A stretch of 64,000 nt of DNA from the NCBI RefSeq assembly GCF_035084215.1, contig NC_090339.1:38812001-38876000 (forward strand), read 5' to 3'. Under the pieces are notes generated by a model that had not been told where the DNA came from, searched no databases, and saw only the letters and a program-made list of their open reading frames with translations. A program made the position numbers and the translations under genes. Positions 12,308-26,480 of this stretch are shown here, piece by piece. Source of the stretch: Heptranchias perlo. Lineage: Eukaryota. Position 1 is the stretch's first letter, and each line of letters starts with the position of its first letter.

Positions 12308-13165
12308 TTACAGACCTGAAAAATACAGTAGCCTTTAGCCATTCCACTTAAAATTGCCTCAAGTATTTTTGCAGATTGTATCAGTTGTAATGAGCTTTAG
12401 TACACAAGGTCTTTGGTATTTTACTGTTTCGAATATTCTTTTAACTTCTTGTTAGATGTATTTGGTAAATGTGCATGATATGTTTCAGTAATCCACAATG
12501 TACATAATGTAATGCACAAGTTGCAGAAAATTTGGACAAGAACTCTCATTGAGATGTTACTATTTTGATATTTGTTTAGCTACTCTAGCAACCTTCTCTG
12601 ATGAAACAGTCTTCTGGAACAATTTCGTATTTTGTGACTTTTGTTTTTTTTAAAAGTGATTTCAGACAGTAAAATTGGAATCTCAAATGGCTTGTGTGTT
12701 TTTATTTTCCATTGCTGAAGGCTTTTACGCTGATGTGTTTGGTATTTTAAATATAGCGGGGAGGAGAAATGTAGGGTATAGGTGGGTTTGCATTTGAGTT
12801 TATGTTGGAATGTGGAATGGGCGTAAGTTTTTGACATGAAATAGGCAGAATTGAGGTTCATTGACCATACCACGCTGTGTTCGCTTTTAAGGATATGGTG
12901 TATTCTGTTTTTGGTAGTTCTAAAGTTTGAAATATTTGAAACCACTGACTATATCTAATAGGAGTGACTTGTATTTGTAGAATGGGACATTGGGCTTAAA
13001 ATTCACCTTGTCCCTGGAAAACATGCCTAACTTACAGGAAAAGTAAATCAAATATAAACCCACCTTTTTGAACTTTATACCTCTGGTTTGTTTTAAATAC
13101 ATTGCCTGGTATACATACCAATACACACTTTAAAATGCAAATAAAGTTCTCAGCAATCTTTCCTG
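12308..13165 (+). other. 3' UTR of the DBHS gene
   Basis: U-rich, repeat-free sequence after the stop codon, ending at an AATAAA followed by a GT/T-rich tract. Contains TGCATG (12472) and a Pumilio-type TGTACATA (12499). Confidence 0.65.
13140..13145 (+). terminator. Polyadenylation signal AATAAA
   Basis: Canonical hexamer about 830 nt after the stop codon, with a downstream T/GT-rich element. Confidence 0.65.
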
Positions 13166-14059
13166 TATTGTAATGTATTCATTTACTGCCCTAATTGTAT
13201 TTTTTGTTCAGTTATTGTATAACTGTTGCTCATTTCTGAGTAGCATCTATTAAATTTTTTGAAAAGTTTGTAATCCCTGATTTTAGTTATTTAGCATTTT
13301 TAGATGGGTGCATAACAAGAATTGGTAGGAATGTTGAGTTTTTAACTTTACCCTGCAGTTTTTAAAGGGTGGAACGGAGGATTTTAAGTTTTTTTTTCCA
13401 AAAGTAATCCATAGAAATACGTAGTTTTAAGCAACTGAACTATTTAATTCGAAGGATGTCTTGAGATCTTGAAGATACACTTGTCAGGATTTCTTTTTCT
13501 CCATCGCCCAAACTTAAATTCACAATAACCAAAGGCAACCAGCAGGTGACTGGTGACCTTATTATGGTCCAAAATTAGTTGCTGAATTTGTTAACCAGGT
13601 ATCTCCAACCAAAGAAATGAACCATAATAGCAAATGTGTTTGGCAGTTACCAGAAAAATGGAATATTTTAATGGGAATGTATTTCTTTTTTTCTGTCCCC
13701 AACCCTTTTGGAGATGCTCATTGTTGCTGTTTGGGTGTAACAAACCCTCTGGTAGCTCACCCATATAGCAATTCTTCATGAGAGCCCAGATGGTGGGTGC
13801 TAATTTAGAACGGACTGGAAGTTGAATCAGCGGCCTTTCTAGTGTTTGCCTTGGTGCTGTTGGGTCATTGGAGAAGTCATGTTCGAACAAAATCACAACA
13901 AAATAGCAGGAAAAAAGATGGGGATGCAATTAGAAATTTTGTAAACTGGAGGAAAGACTAAGTGGGATTTTAAAAAAAAATTACAGAATGGTTAAAAGTG
14001 GGAGTTGCAGTATTAGGCGCAGGACTGCAATTTTGAGGACAGTCTGGAGCAAGTAAAGG

Positions 14060-15660
14060 CAAATCGTCCCATCAAGTTCACTCCATCCAGAGTCCATGTA
14101 TATCTTATTTTGGAGTTTTTAAACCCAGCTTTCCTGCCTTCATGTGTTGATTTTTATTTCATGAATTTATTCCCCCAACCACTTTTGAGGGAAGGGAGCA
14201 GGAAAGGGGAAAATAAAGTAGTACTCTTTTTTGTGGTCTTCAATTCCGCATGGCAACAGATATTGATCCAGCTCCCTTTTATAGGTGTCAATTAACTTTT
14301 AATCAAATTTCTCTGATGGCCTGTCCACAATCCTGTTTTTTAAAAAAAACTTTGTAAGACTCCAACCTCACTTGAGGCTTTTGAATTTGTGGATTATTCC
14401 CATAATCTACAAGTTAAAAAGGTTATTAACTCCAGTCTTATCTGTATTTTTCATTTTCGAAGACCTTGTTTCCCCCCCTCTTGAGTCACTTGAATTTTTG
14501 TTCATAACTTGCTCTATTTAAGGCTTGGACATCTCCCAGTTTACTGTTCTCTGTACCTTTTCTAATGCATCTGTATCCTTTTTGAAGTAGTGATTAAAAA
14601 TGCCTGTAGTTCTCCTAAGTTGGCTTCACCATTGATCTGTACAATGTCACTGTAACTTGTTCCACCTAGCCCAGTGCACTGTGGCATCTAATAGCTGCAT
14701 CACACTGACCAGATGTTTTCAGGTTCTGATTGATTACTCCTTAATCCCTTTTCTTATTTGTACCATCAGTGGAAACTCATGTTATATACATGTTAATTAT
14801 ATGTATATGCATGCCTTTGCATCTAGTCATATTAAAATCTATCTGCCGTATCTTAGTCCATTTACACAATTGATCCAAGTCTCTCTGCAGATAATGCATC
14901 TCCTTTTTAAACATTACCTTCCAGCACAGGATTGTGCTGTCAGCAAATTTAGTAATACTATGGGCATCTTGTTCCATATTCACAAATAATGTGACCAGTA
15001 GAGGTCTGAAACAATTACACTGGTTGCTTTTATTTCCTCCAGGCAGGCTATTTTCTGTTCATCAGTCTTTTGCTGCTGAACCAATTCTCAATAACCTAAA
15101 CCATTTGTCAACAATGCTGTGAGCCGTAACCTTCTCTGCTAATCTCACATGATGAACTTTATTGAATGTTTTTTGAAAATCCATGTAAACTACTGGCTAC
15201 CCTTGTTATCTCAGATTTCCAGTAGCTTTTGTAAGTCACAACCTGTATTATTTCTAAAATCATGCTGTGTAGGATACCTGTGATTTTTAGGTGTTCATTC
15301 ATAGCATCCTGTAGCATGCCCTCAAGCACTTGTCTTCACTATTCATGTTGAATTGGACAGACTGATTAGTTGGTTCATGCATAATTTTTTTTGAATATTG
15401 GAACTAGATTTACTAATGTTATTACTTCAGCAAAAGCATCTCTGATTTTTCTCTCCATTCCTTGACAATGATAGGAAATATCTCAGCCTAGTGGATGTTT
15501 AATCCTTCCTATTTCTGCATACTTATTAACGAACCTCTGTGTTATGGATCACTTAGCACATTTACTATTACAGGAGTTTGTCTACAGTCCTTGTGTGTGA
15601 CACCTGATGGGAAGAATCGATTCAATATATCTGCCATATCCTGCTCATCTGTGATTTTGA
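14060..15660 (-). mobile_element. Old CR1-type LINE, RT/3' part (outer element of a nest)
   Basis: Degenerate RT motifs on the minus strand: ITKFADST...LQRDLDQLCKW..QIDFNMTRCKGMH, and ITDEQDMADILNRFF. Confidence 0.7.
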
Positions 15661-15819
15661 CTATCCCAAGATATCCTGGGATAAAGGTAATGTATGTGTT
15701 CAAAGTGGGGAATGGATCTGAGACTGCTTCCTAGATCAATATGTTTTTAGTCTAATGATGAAAGAAGTACTGTTTGATTTAGTTCTAGGAAATTAAATGG
15801 AACAAAACATTAGGAGAAC

Positions 15820-16553
15820 AATTGGGAAGTAGTGACCACAGCATAGGTTCACTGTGAAAAGAGGAAAGGTTAACTGCTGGCCTGGAAAAAGGCAAAGTTC
15901 AGTGAGATAAGATGGACTCTGACCCAAATTAACTGGGCAGAAATGTTAGCAAAAAGGGTATTGATTAGCAGTAGGGAATGTTCAAATGAGATTGATTATG
16001 TATAAAATAGATACTACTTTAAGGTGGAAGGAGCGCAGCAAAAGATAGTTCCATGAATAAGTAGAGATTAAAACAAAACTGAAACTTAAAAGCTGAGGCA
16101 CAGTATAAGATGGGCTAACAAAAATCGTAAATATGGAAAATAGAGGGGAGGTGAGAAGGGAGATTAGAATGCTAAAAGGGAATATGAAAAAAAGGCTAGC
16201 AGATAAAAGGAAATATTAGGTGCTTTTAAAACTAAAAAGTAAAAGTAACGGCTGAAGGGGAGAATTGAGTTGTGGCGGATGAAGGTACGATGGAGTTATT
16301 ACATACATTTGATGCATCAGGTTTACTAATGGTAGTGAAAGTGAGCTTACTAGAAGAGGATATGGAACAATTGATAGTAACTGTAGAAAGGAATTGGTTT
16401 GAAAAAAATAACAGCCAGTGGGCCCTGGTGGCATGCATCCTAGGCTGTTGCCAGAAGCCAGGGATAGCAAACATTTTGACTGAAATTTTTGAATTCTCTT
16501 CAGATATGTAAATTGTGCTGGGGAGAATAGCCAGTGTAATGGCTCTGTTTAAG
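15820..16553 (+). mobile_element. Old CR1 LINE ORF2 fragment, continued at 19760-21360 and 23830-23950
   Basis: Decayed WKKAKFSE, GPGGMHPR and LFK motifs. The reading resumes as GSKKDRQGNF after the inserted LINE. Confidence 0.65.
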
Positions 16554-18468
16554 AATCATAGAAAGGTTACAGCATGGCAAGAGGCCATTTAGCCCATCAA
16601 GTCCACGCGAGCTCTATGCTAGTCCCACTCCCCTGCCCTAACCCTATAGCCTTGCAATTTTTTTTTTCCTTTCAAGTACTTATCCCATTCCCTTTTGATG
16701 GCCATGATTGAATCTGCCTCCATTACCCCCTCGGGCAATGAATTCCAGATCCTTACCACTTGCAGTGTTTTTTAAAAAAAAAAAGTTTTTCCTCATGTCA
16801 CCGTTGGTTCTTTTGCCATTCACCTTAAATCTATGCCCTCTGGTTTTTGACCCTTCCGCCAATGGGAACAGTTTCTCTCTCTACTTTGTCTAGACCCTTC
16901 ACGATTCTGAATACCTCTATCAAATCTCCTCGCAAGCGTCTCTGTTCCAAGGAGAACCCCAACTTCTCGAGTCTATCCACCTAGCTAATGTCCCTCATCC
17001 CTAGAATCATTCTAGTAAATCTCATCTGCACCCTCTCTAAGGCCTTCACATCTTTCCTAAAGTGCGGTGCCCAGAAATGGACACAATACTCCAGTTGTGG
17101 CCGAACCAGTGTTTTATAAAGGTTGATTGTGACTCCCTTACTTTTGTACTCTGCCTCTATTTATACAGTCCAGGACCCCGTATGCTTTTTTAACAGCTTT
17201 CTTAACCTGCCCTGCCACCTTCAACGATTTGTGTACATACAGCCCCAGATCTCTGTTCCTTTACCCCTTTTAGAATTGTGCCCTTTAGTTCATATTGCCT
17301 CTCCTCAATTTTCCTACCGAAATGCGTTAAATTTCATTAGCCACGTGTCTGTCCATACCACCAGCCTGTCTATTTCCTCTTGAAAGTCTATCACTATCCT
17401 CCTCACTGTTCACTACCCTTCCATGTTTTGTGTCATCTGCAAATTTGGAAATTGTGCCCTGTACACCCGAGTCCAAGTCATTACTATATATATCAAGAAA
17501 AGCAGTGGCCCTAGTACCAACCCCTGGGGAACAGCACTGTACACCTCCCTCCAGTCCAAAAAACAACTGTGCACCACTACTCTCTCTTTCCTGTTACTTA
17601 GCCAATTCTGTACCCATGTTGCTACTGCCCCCTTTATTCCATGGGCTGCAATCTTGATGACAAGCCTACCATGTGGCATTTTATCAAACGCCTTTTGAAA
17701 GTCCAAATACACCACATCAACTGCATTGCCCTTATCTACCCTCTCTTGTTACCTCATCAAAAAACACTCTCAGGTTAGTTAATCACGATTTGCCTTTAAC
17801 AAATCTGTGCCGTCTTTCCCTAATCAATCTACGCTCGACCAAGACTCTTAATTCTGTCCTGGATTATCGATTCTAAAAGTTTACCCGCCACCGGAGTTAA
17901 ACTGGCCTATAGTTGCTGGGATTATCCTTGCACCCTTTTTTGAACAAGGGTGTAACATTTGCAGTTCTCCAGTCCTCTGGCATCACCCCCATATCTAAGG
18001 ATGTTTGGAACATTATGGCCAGTACCCCTGCAATTTCCACCCATACTTCCCTCAGCAACCTATGATGCATCCCATCTGGACCAGGTGACTTATCTACTTT
18101 AAGTACAGTTAGCTTTTCAAGTACCTCATCAATTTTTAGCCCATCTAGTATCTCAACTCTATCATCCTTTTACTGAGACTCGCAGTATCTTCTTCCTTGG
18201 TAAAGGCAGATCCAAAGTACTCATTTAGTACCTCAGCCATGTCCTCTGCCTCCATGAGTAGATCTCCTTTATGGTCCCTAATCAGCCCCATCCCTCCTGT
18301 TACGACCCGTTTACTGTTTACATCCCTGTAGAAGAGTTTTGGATTCCCTTTTTTATGTTGGCTGCCAGTCTGTTCTCATACTTTATCTCTCTGCTCCTCA
18401 TTTCCTTTTTCACGTCCCCTCTGAATTTTCTATATTCTGCCTGGTTCTCACTTGTGTTATCAACCTGA

Positions 18469-18505
<37 letters not shown>

Positions 18506-19760
18506 CTCGCTCTCGCTCTCGCCATCCAGGGAGCTCTGGCTTTTGTTGTCCTACCTTTCTCCCTTGTGGGAATGTACCTAGACTGTACCCTCTTTAAAGG
18601 CCAATATTCAATTAGAGTTTTGCCTGCCAATCTTTGATTCCAATTTACACAGGCCAGATCTGTTCTCATCCCACTGAAATTGGCCCTCCTCCAATTGAAT
18701 ATTTTTACTTTAGAATGGTCTATGTCCTTTACCGTAGCTATTCTAAACCTTATACTATGATCGCTGCTCCCTAAATGTTCCCCCACTGACACTTGCTCCA
18801 CTTGGCCCGCCTCATTCCCTAGAACCAAGTCCAGCAATGCCTCCTTCCTTGCTGGGTCAGAAACGTACTGGTCAAGAAGGTTATCCCGAACACATTTCAA
18901 AAATTCCTCCCCCTCTTTACCCCTTATTATCCCACTCTATATTAGGATAGTTGAAGTCCTCTGTCACCATTCTATAGCTTTTACACCTCTTTGTAATTTC
19001 CCTGCAAATTTGCTCCTCTATATCCTTCCCACTAGTTGGTGGCCTACAGAATACACCCAGTAGTGTAATGGCACCTCTTCTCTGTTTATTAACTCTAACC
19101 AAATAGATTCTGCCCGTGAGTCCTCCAGGACATCCCCTCTCTCCAGCACTGCAATATTCTCCTTGCCACCCACCCCCATCCCCCTTTCCTTCCCTATCTT
19201 TCCTGAACACCTTGTATCCAGGAATATTTAGTACCCAATCTTGTCCTTTTTTGAGCCAGGTCTCCATTTTCGCCACGACATCGTATTCCCATGTGGTTAT
19301 TTGTGCCTGCAGCTCACCAGCCTGGTTTACCACGCTTCATGTGTTTACACACATGCACTGCAAACCAGTCTTAGACTTTATTGTACTCTTAGTCTGATCC
19401 CACCTAATACGATACTATTTATTGCTCTAGTGCTGTTTTTCTCTCCCGATCATTTGTGCCCCTTGTTTCTCATTTCCAATGCTACACCCTGGTGCCCACC
19501 CCCCTGCCAAATTAGGTTTAACCCCCCCCCAACAGCACTAGCGAACCTCCCCACGAGGACGTTGGTCCCAGCTCTGAGGTGCAACCTTTCCGGCCTGTAC
19601 AGGTCCCCACCTCCCCCAGAACTGATCCCAGTGCCCCAGGAATCTAAAGCCTTCCCTCCTGCACCATCTCTCCAGCCATGCATTCATCTGCTTTATCCTC
19701 TTATTTCTATACTCATTAGCATGTGGCATCAGGAGTAATCTGGAGATTACAACCTTTTGA
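16554..19760 (-). mobile_element. CR1 LINE, near full length, disrupted (ORF1 esterase end, APE endonuclease, RT, 3' tail)
   Basis: ORF track shows NAWLERWCRREGFRFLGHW (SGNH-like ORF1), ETWLKKGQDWVLNIPGY...DFNYP, LLDLVLGNE...SDH, YLDFQKAFDK..H and ISKFADDTK. Confidence 0.92.
18470..18522. repeat. (CT)n/(CTCGCT)n microsatellite inside the LINE
   Basis: Visible tctctc... run grading into tcgctc units. Confidence 0.9.
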
Positions 19761-21360
19761 GGTAGTAAGAAGGATAGACAAGGTAACTTTAGTTCAGTTG
19801 CAGGCAAATTCTTAAGAATCCATAATTTGAGTCAGATTAATGAGCATTGAGAGATTTAGATAATTGAGGCCAGCCAGCATGGACTTGGTAGACTCATTCT
19901 GTTTGACAAGTGTAACAGTTTCTTTTAAAGGAGTGACCGACTATAGATAAATGGAATGCATTGGATGAAATATATGTGCACGTTCTGTAGACATTCATTA
20001 AGGTGTCTTTCGGCATATGGTATATGAGGAAATGTTGAAGTGTGGATATGAAGTTGATTGTTAGACAGGAAACAGTGTTCGAGGGTTAATGGGTGTTGCT
20101 TGCATTGGAGATGGGTTGGAAGTAGTGTACCCCAGGGGCCAGTGCTGGGCATACTCTTTGTTAAGCTATCAGAATATATGCATGATTTTGGTTTGAGATT
20201 TAGGTAGTATGACAGATTTGCTAATGACCCAAGGTAGGTGTAACAAACTGGGGATCACTATCAGACTTGAGGGCAGAATGCCATACAGGTGGCAGATGTA
20301 ATTTGTGAAGAAGTGTGAATAACGTACTATAAGGGAAAATGAGGACTGAGAATATAAACTAAATGAAAAGGTGCTGCAGGGTCTGGCGAAACAGACATCT
20401 AGGGGTGTAAACAAAAATCCTTGAAAGTGTGGTTAGATATGCCATAAACAATCCAATAGGATTCTGAGGTTTATAAATTGGGGCGAAGAGTACCAGACCA
20501 TAGAGCTGATAAGTTTGTACTATGCAATGGTTAGGCCACAGTTAGTGTGCTGTGTGCAGTTTTGGGCACCCCATTATAGAAAAGACAGAGGGGTAGATTT
20601 TCACCCTGCCTGATAGTGCCAGCGGAAGCCCCAATCCATTTTGAGCCAGATCTTTAGTATTCGGCTGCAGGTGAAATAAGAACGCAAACCCGCCTGCGGT
20701 CGTCTGAACATCTGCAGATGGGTCAGAAGAAGGTGGGTCTGTGAGGGGTGGGAAGTGGCAGTAGACCAGCACTTCTGCTCCTCCCCTCTCCACAAAAATA
20801 AACAACTTGCATGTTGGCTCCTCATCGGCTGGACCACCAATGGATACTGGGCGAGGTATGTGCAGGGCGCGCTGGAGCCTGGGACTGTTCTAAAATGGCC
20901 GGCCGGCCAGATTCCGGCAGCCACAGTGACTGTAGAGATGGGGTGATAAGTCACTTCCCACCATATTTGGGGCGCTAGCACCCCGCTTCTGCAGAGTGGG
21001 AGGTCTCGAAATCTACCCTGGAGAGTTTACAGTGTTGATTCAGTATGTTGGCACAAGGGATGGGAAAATGCAATTAGGAGAGACTTGAGATGATGGGACT
21101 ATTTCCATTGGAAGAGGGAACGCCAAGGGAAAATTGAATAGAGGTTTTAAAAATTATTATGAAGTGTTCTAATAGGGTGAATGGTAAAAGACTATCACCT
21201 CAGGTTGGTGAGCCAACGTTGAGGGATGATCAATTTAAAATGGTCAGAAGAGAAGTTACGAGAAATTTCTTTACGCAGAGTGGTTAGAAGGATGGAATGA
21301 TTTGCCACAGGGAGTAGTTGAGGCAATATAAAAGATAAACGTTTGAAGTGGAGAAAGATA
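19760..21360 (+). mobile_element. Old CR1 LINE RT remnant interrupted by a MITE
   Basis: Decayed gtaccccaggggccagtgctggg (VPQGPVLG), gttaggccacagttag and tgtgcagttttgggcacc motifs. Confidence 0.7.
20591..21018. mobile_element. Non-autonomous DNA transposon (MITE, PIF/Harbinger-like ends)
   Basis: 10-bp terminal inverted repeat GGGTAGATTT / AAATCTACCC around a GC-rich interior. It interrupts a LINE. Confidence 0.65.
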
Positions 21361-23830
21361 GGAGCTAAGGAACAAAAAAGGGGCAGTCACACTATTGGGG
21401 GTGTACTATAGACCCCAAACAGTCAGAGGGAGATAGAAGAGCAAATATGTAGGCAAATTTCTGAAAAGTGCAAAGACAGTAGGGGATTTCAAGCACCCTA
21501 ATATTAACTGGGACACAAATAGTGTGAAGGGAATAGAGGGTGCAAAATTCTTAAATTGCATTCAGGAGAACTTTTTAGCCAGTAGGTAGCAAGCCGAACA
21601 AGAGAGGGGGCAGTTCTGGATTTAGTTGTAAGAAATGAGGCTGGGCAGTTGGAAGGAGTATCAGTGGGAGAGCATTTTGGTGGTCGTGATCATAATTCAG
21701 TTAGCTTTAGTATAGTTATGGAAAAGGACAAAGATAGAGCAGGAGTTAAAGTTCTCAATTGGGGAACGGCCAATTTTGCTAAATCATTTCTTAGCTTAGC
21801 AAAAGTGGACTGGAAACAGTCAGAGCAGTGGGAGGCATTCTAGAGGAAGATTCAAGGGGTGCAGAGTAAATATGTTCCCACAAAGAAAAAGGGTGGGACT
21901 GCCAAATCTAGAGCCCCCTGGATGTGGAGGAGCATATAGGGTACGATAAGGCAGAAAAGTAAAGCTATGTCAATCCCTGAGAACTCAATACTACAGAGAG
22001 CCTGGAGCAGTATAAAAAGTGCAGGGGTGAAATTAAAGAAGAAATTAGGAAAGCAGAGCACAAAAAAATATTGGCAAGGAAAATCCAAAGATGTTTTATA
22101 AATACGTAAAGAGCAAGAAGATAACTAAGGAAAGAGTAGGGCCTATTAGAGATCAAAAAGGTAACCTATATGTGGAGGTGCAAGATGTTGGTATGGGTCT
22201 TGATGAATACTTTGCGTCTGTTTTCACAAAAGAGAGTGACGATGCAGACATTGTAGTTAGGGGGGAGGGGTGTGAAATATTGGATGGGATAAACTTAGTG
22301 AGAGGGGAAGTGTTAAGGTGATTAGTATCTTCGAAAGTAGATAAATCACCAGGGGCGGACGAAATGTATCCAGGCTGTTAAAAGAATCAAGAGAGGAAAT
22401 AGCGGAGGCTCTGACCATTATTTTCCAATCCTCATTGGATATAGGTGTGGTGCCGGAGGACTGCTAATGTTGAACCATTGTTTTAAAAAGGGAGCGAGGG
22501 ATAGACCAAGTAATTACAGGCCAGTCAGTCCAACCTCTGGTGGGCAAATTATTGGAATCAATTCTGAGGGACAGGATAAACAGTCACTTAGAAAGGCACA
22601 GAGTAATCAAGGACAGTCGGCATGGATTTGTTAAGGGAAGGTCATGTCTGACAAATGATTGAATTTTTTGAGGAGGGTAGCAAGTTTGATGTAGTCTACA
22701 TGAATTTTAGCAAGGCTTTTGACAAGGTCCCACATGGCAGACTGGTCAAAAAAGTACAAGCCCATGGGATCCAAGGGAAAGTGGCAAGATGGATCGAAAA
22801 TTGGCTCAGTGGCAGAAAGCAAAGGGTAATGGTCAACGGGTGTTTTTGTGACTGGAAGGCTATTTCCAGTTGGGTTCCCCACGGCTCAGTACTAGGTTCC
22901 CTTTTGTGATGATATATTAATGATTTGGACTTAAAAAGTTTGCAGATGGTACAAAAATTGGCTGTGTGGTTGATAGTGAGGAGGAAAGCTGTAGACTGCA
23001 GGAAGATATCAATGGACTGGTCAGGTGGGCAAAAAAATGGCAAATGAAATTCAATTTGGAGAAGTGAGAGGTAATGCATTTGGGGAGGGCAAACAAGGCA
23101 AGGGAATACACAATAAATGGGAGGATACTGAAAGGTGTAGAGGAAGTGAGGGACCTTGGAGTGCATGTCCACAGATCCCTGAAGGTAGCAGAATAGGTAG
23201 ATACAGTGGTTAAGAAGGCTCATGCAATACTTTCCTTTATTAGCTGAGGCATAAAATATAAGAGCAGGGAAGTTATGCTGGACCTGTATAAAACACTGGT
23301 TAGGCCACAGCTTGAGTACTGTGTACAGTTCTGGTCACCACATTACACTAGAGAGGGTACAGAGGAGATTTATGAGGATGTTGCCAGGACTGGAGAATTT
23401 TAGCTATGAGGAAAGAGTGGATAGGCTGGGTTGTTCTCTTTGGAACAGAGGAGGCTGAGGGGTGATTTAATTGAGGTGTACAAAATTATATGGGGCCTAG
23501 ATAGAGTGGATAAGAAGGAGCTATTTCCCTTAGCAGAGAGGTCAATAACCAGGGGCCATAGATTTAAAGTGATTGGTAGAAGGATTAGAGGGGAACTGAG
23601 GAAAATATTTTTCACCCAGAGGGCAATGGGGGTCTGGAATTCTGCCTGAAAGGGAGGTAGAGGCAGAAACCCTCAACTCATTTTAAAAATTAACTGGATG
23701 TGCACCTGAAGTGCCGTGACAAGGCTACGGACCAAGTGCTGGAAAGTGGGATTAGGCTGGGTGGTTCATTTTCGGCTGGCGCGAACATGATGGGCTGAAT
23801 GGCCTCCTGTGCCGTAAATTTTCAATGATA
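21360..23830 (+). mobile_element. CR1 LINE, 5'-truncated ORF2 plus 3' tail
   Basis: LLGVYYRP, GEHFGGRDHNSV, FSKAFDKVPHGRL, GVPHGSVLG-like and FSLEQRRLRGDLIEVYKI motifs, with frameshifts. Confidence 0.92.
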
Positions 23831-23959
23831 GCAGATAAGGAAGAGAATGGGACGTTGGGAGTAGTTTTGAATAGCTCCAGGACAGAGATGGCACAGACAT
23901 GATGGGCTAAATGGCTCCTGTCTTTGCAGTAAACCTCTGGTTCTATGTTATAGAACTAC

Positions 23960-26480
23960 ATAATTTATCCTTTTAATAAACCTGGTTCTTTGACCATTCT
24001 ACTATCGATGTGATTCTAAGAGTTTTTATTTCCCTCTTGATGCTCTGCGCTTCACTTTTTAAAAAGAAACATATTATCTATTTTCAGTTAATTTATGAAT
24101 CCCAGTCCTTTTTTTGTATCTTTTAAAGTATTTTTGCTTGTTTTTAGTTCCTTCTCTCATTAAATCACTGTGGTCTAGGCCTTGCTAGGTTTCTTTCTTT
24201 TTAAAGATGATCAATATTTTCTCTCCACATCCTGTTTTCGTCTGTTCTATTTTTATGCATGGTCCCCTGAGACTCTTCTCATAGCTTAACAGTATGTTCT
24301 CGAGTCTTTTAGCACTGTCTCATTTTTGCAATGGTGTTGACAAAAGTAACAACTTTAGCAATACAAAATAATTGCTAGATCTGAGGTGATCAACCTCTAG
24401 GGTAAATGGACAAATCAAGGATAACAGGTAGAGATGAGTGAAAATAAAAACAAGTTCACTGAGGTGGTTCCTCGCATGCGGCCAGTTACTAGAGCAGAAG
24501 CTGTGTTGGATTGGAGTGTCGCATTCCACTGGAACTGATTAGCATACTGTGATCTGCAGCCCTCCTGTCCTACCCCAAAACCCCCCTCTTGCCTACTCAT
24601 TTAGTGGCCTATGGCAAGTACCAAATAATAATTTGCTGCCCTTATTATTATCCATTTTATTTCAACCTGATTCCCCATTTGCTACAACCTTTTTTACAAC
24701 CGCTGAATTGTTTATCAATAACCTAACTTGTACGTCTATCTTTGTGAAACATTTTATACCCTGTCAGCGACTGGCTATTCTCTGCTGTTGGCCATGTTTG
24801 AGATGCCAGTACTTCATTCCTGATGTGCCTGTGTTTTGTATATTAAAAAAAACATTTACGGCTTTGCTTCAAAACATTGCTTCTGTGTGATTTTTGTGCC
24901 GTTGATAGAAATCTATTTTCTTTTTGGTTTGTTTTATTTATCTCATGCCTTATTAGTATAAATTCTTTCCCCATGCCCTATTCTTGCTGAAAAACATTGG
25001 TACCAGTTTGGTTCATCTCTTCCCTTCCTCAGAACTTGTCCAAATGTCCAGAATCTGAAACAGCTTGCATTTGCATAGTGGCTTTAGCATAGAAAAAATT
25101 TCTTGAGGCTTCCCAAAAGCATAATCGGACAAAAATGGACGCTGAGCCAAAGAAGGAGATATTAAGAAGGCTTTGATCAAAGAAGTGGGTTTTAAGGAGG
25201 GCCTTAAAGGAGGAGAGGGAAGTGGAGAGGTTTTGGGAGGAAATTCAATAGGGACTTGAAGACACTACCTGGGGTGGGGGGGAAGAGTACAGGACAAAGC
25301 AAAGTGGGGGATGTACAAGAGGCCAGCATCAGAGGAAAGGAGAGTTTGGGGGTTGTCGCGCTGAAGCACATTAGAAAGGGAGATGTGAGGCCATGTAGCG
25401 ATTTAAATACGAGGATGAGATTTTTAAATTGGTACTGGACAGGAATGATGGGTGAGCAATACTTGGCGTAGGATAGCATATGGGCAGCAGAGTTTGGGTG
25501 AACTGAAGTTTAGAGTGAGGAGAATTGGCCACCCGGAGCATTGGAATATTAGATTCTGGAGTTGACAAATGCAAGGGCAAGGATGAGCATTTTATTCGCA
25601 GATGGGCTGAGGGAGGAGCAGAGCTGGGTGATGTCATGGAGGTGGAAGTAGGCGGTAAACCCTACATCTTCGTGATCTCTCTCCAGTCGCATACAGACAT
25701 ATTTGTTTCTCCCTAACTAACCTAGTGCATAATTCCTACCCTTGAGGTCTTGTACTGTAGATCTCAACTCAAATTCCTTCTGCAAAATCTGTGTCCTATT
25801 CTCCTGTGCCAGTGGCTCAAATGTGAACCATGACCTCTGATTGTTTTCCCTCCTTTTCCAGACATTTTTCTATTCACTGTTAATTCCTTTACTCATTGGG
25901 AACTCTTGTTTAAGGGTGCAAATCAGGCGGATGCCCCCTTATTATGGAATCCACACTACCATTGTGTTTGTCCTCATAGTGTTCTACTTTCCCATGGGTA
26001 ACTGCTTGCCCCATGATGCTACAGTGGTGGTTTTGGTTACTTTCCAAATCATAGGTGTTGAACTGTATACCTATTAGGCAAATCAGGCCAGCAGAGTTTA
26101 CCTTTTCTGGTTTCCCCTGGAGGTGATCACCTGATTCCTCCTCTATGCTTCATTGTTGTTTTCAATCTGGGTGACCACCATTTGGAATGTGTCTTCCTTG
26201 TATGTTGTGAGCACAGCCAGTTGACCCTTGTTCAGTGTTTCTCTGCTGGAGCAACATAACTGACATTTCATGTGTATGTATTTCCTCTTGAATATCTAAA
26301 TATGTGGAATAACCCACATCATGCATGTTGCACACAAAACTAATGTGCCACCATTTTTATACTCCCAACTACAGTGCTACTCACATTAACTGGAATTAAT
26401 TTCACTTACTTACCCTGGTCTTGACAGACTGACTCGTTGCTGAACTCCTGCTCAGGCTAAATTCCCTTCTCACCTTTTCT
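23960..26480 (-). mobile_element. Very decayed CR1 5' part (endonuclease and ORF1), probable continuation of 14060-15660
   Basis: Minus strand near 26350 reads GTLVLCATCMMW (CR1 ORF1 zinc-finger start). Sequence near 23960-24000 resembles the region just upstream of ITDEQDMA in ORF2. Confidence 0.45.
25060..25655 (-). mobile_element. L2-clade LINE 3' fragment
   Basis: FKNLILVFKSLHGLT motif and reverse complement of a ...ctatgcaaatgcaagctg tail like that of the Deu-type SINEs. Confidence 0.65.

Noticed and set aside
18460-18560. RARARERERE peptide as an RS/RE-domain protein
   Set aside because: It is the translation of a microsatellite inside a LINE.
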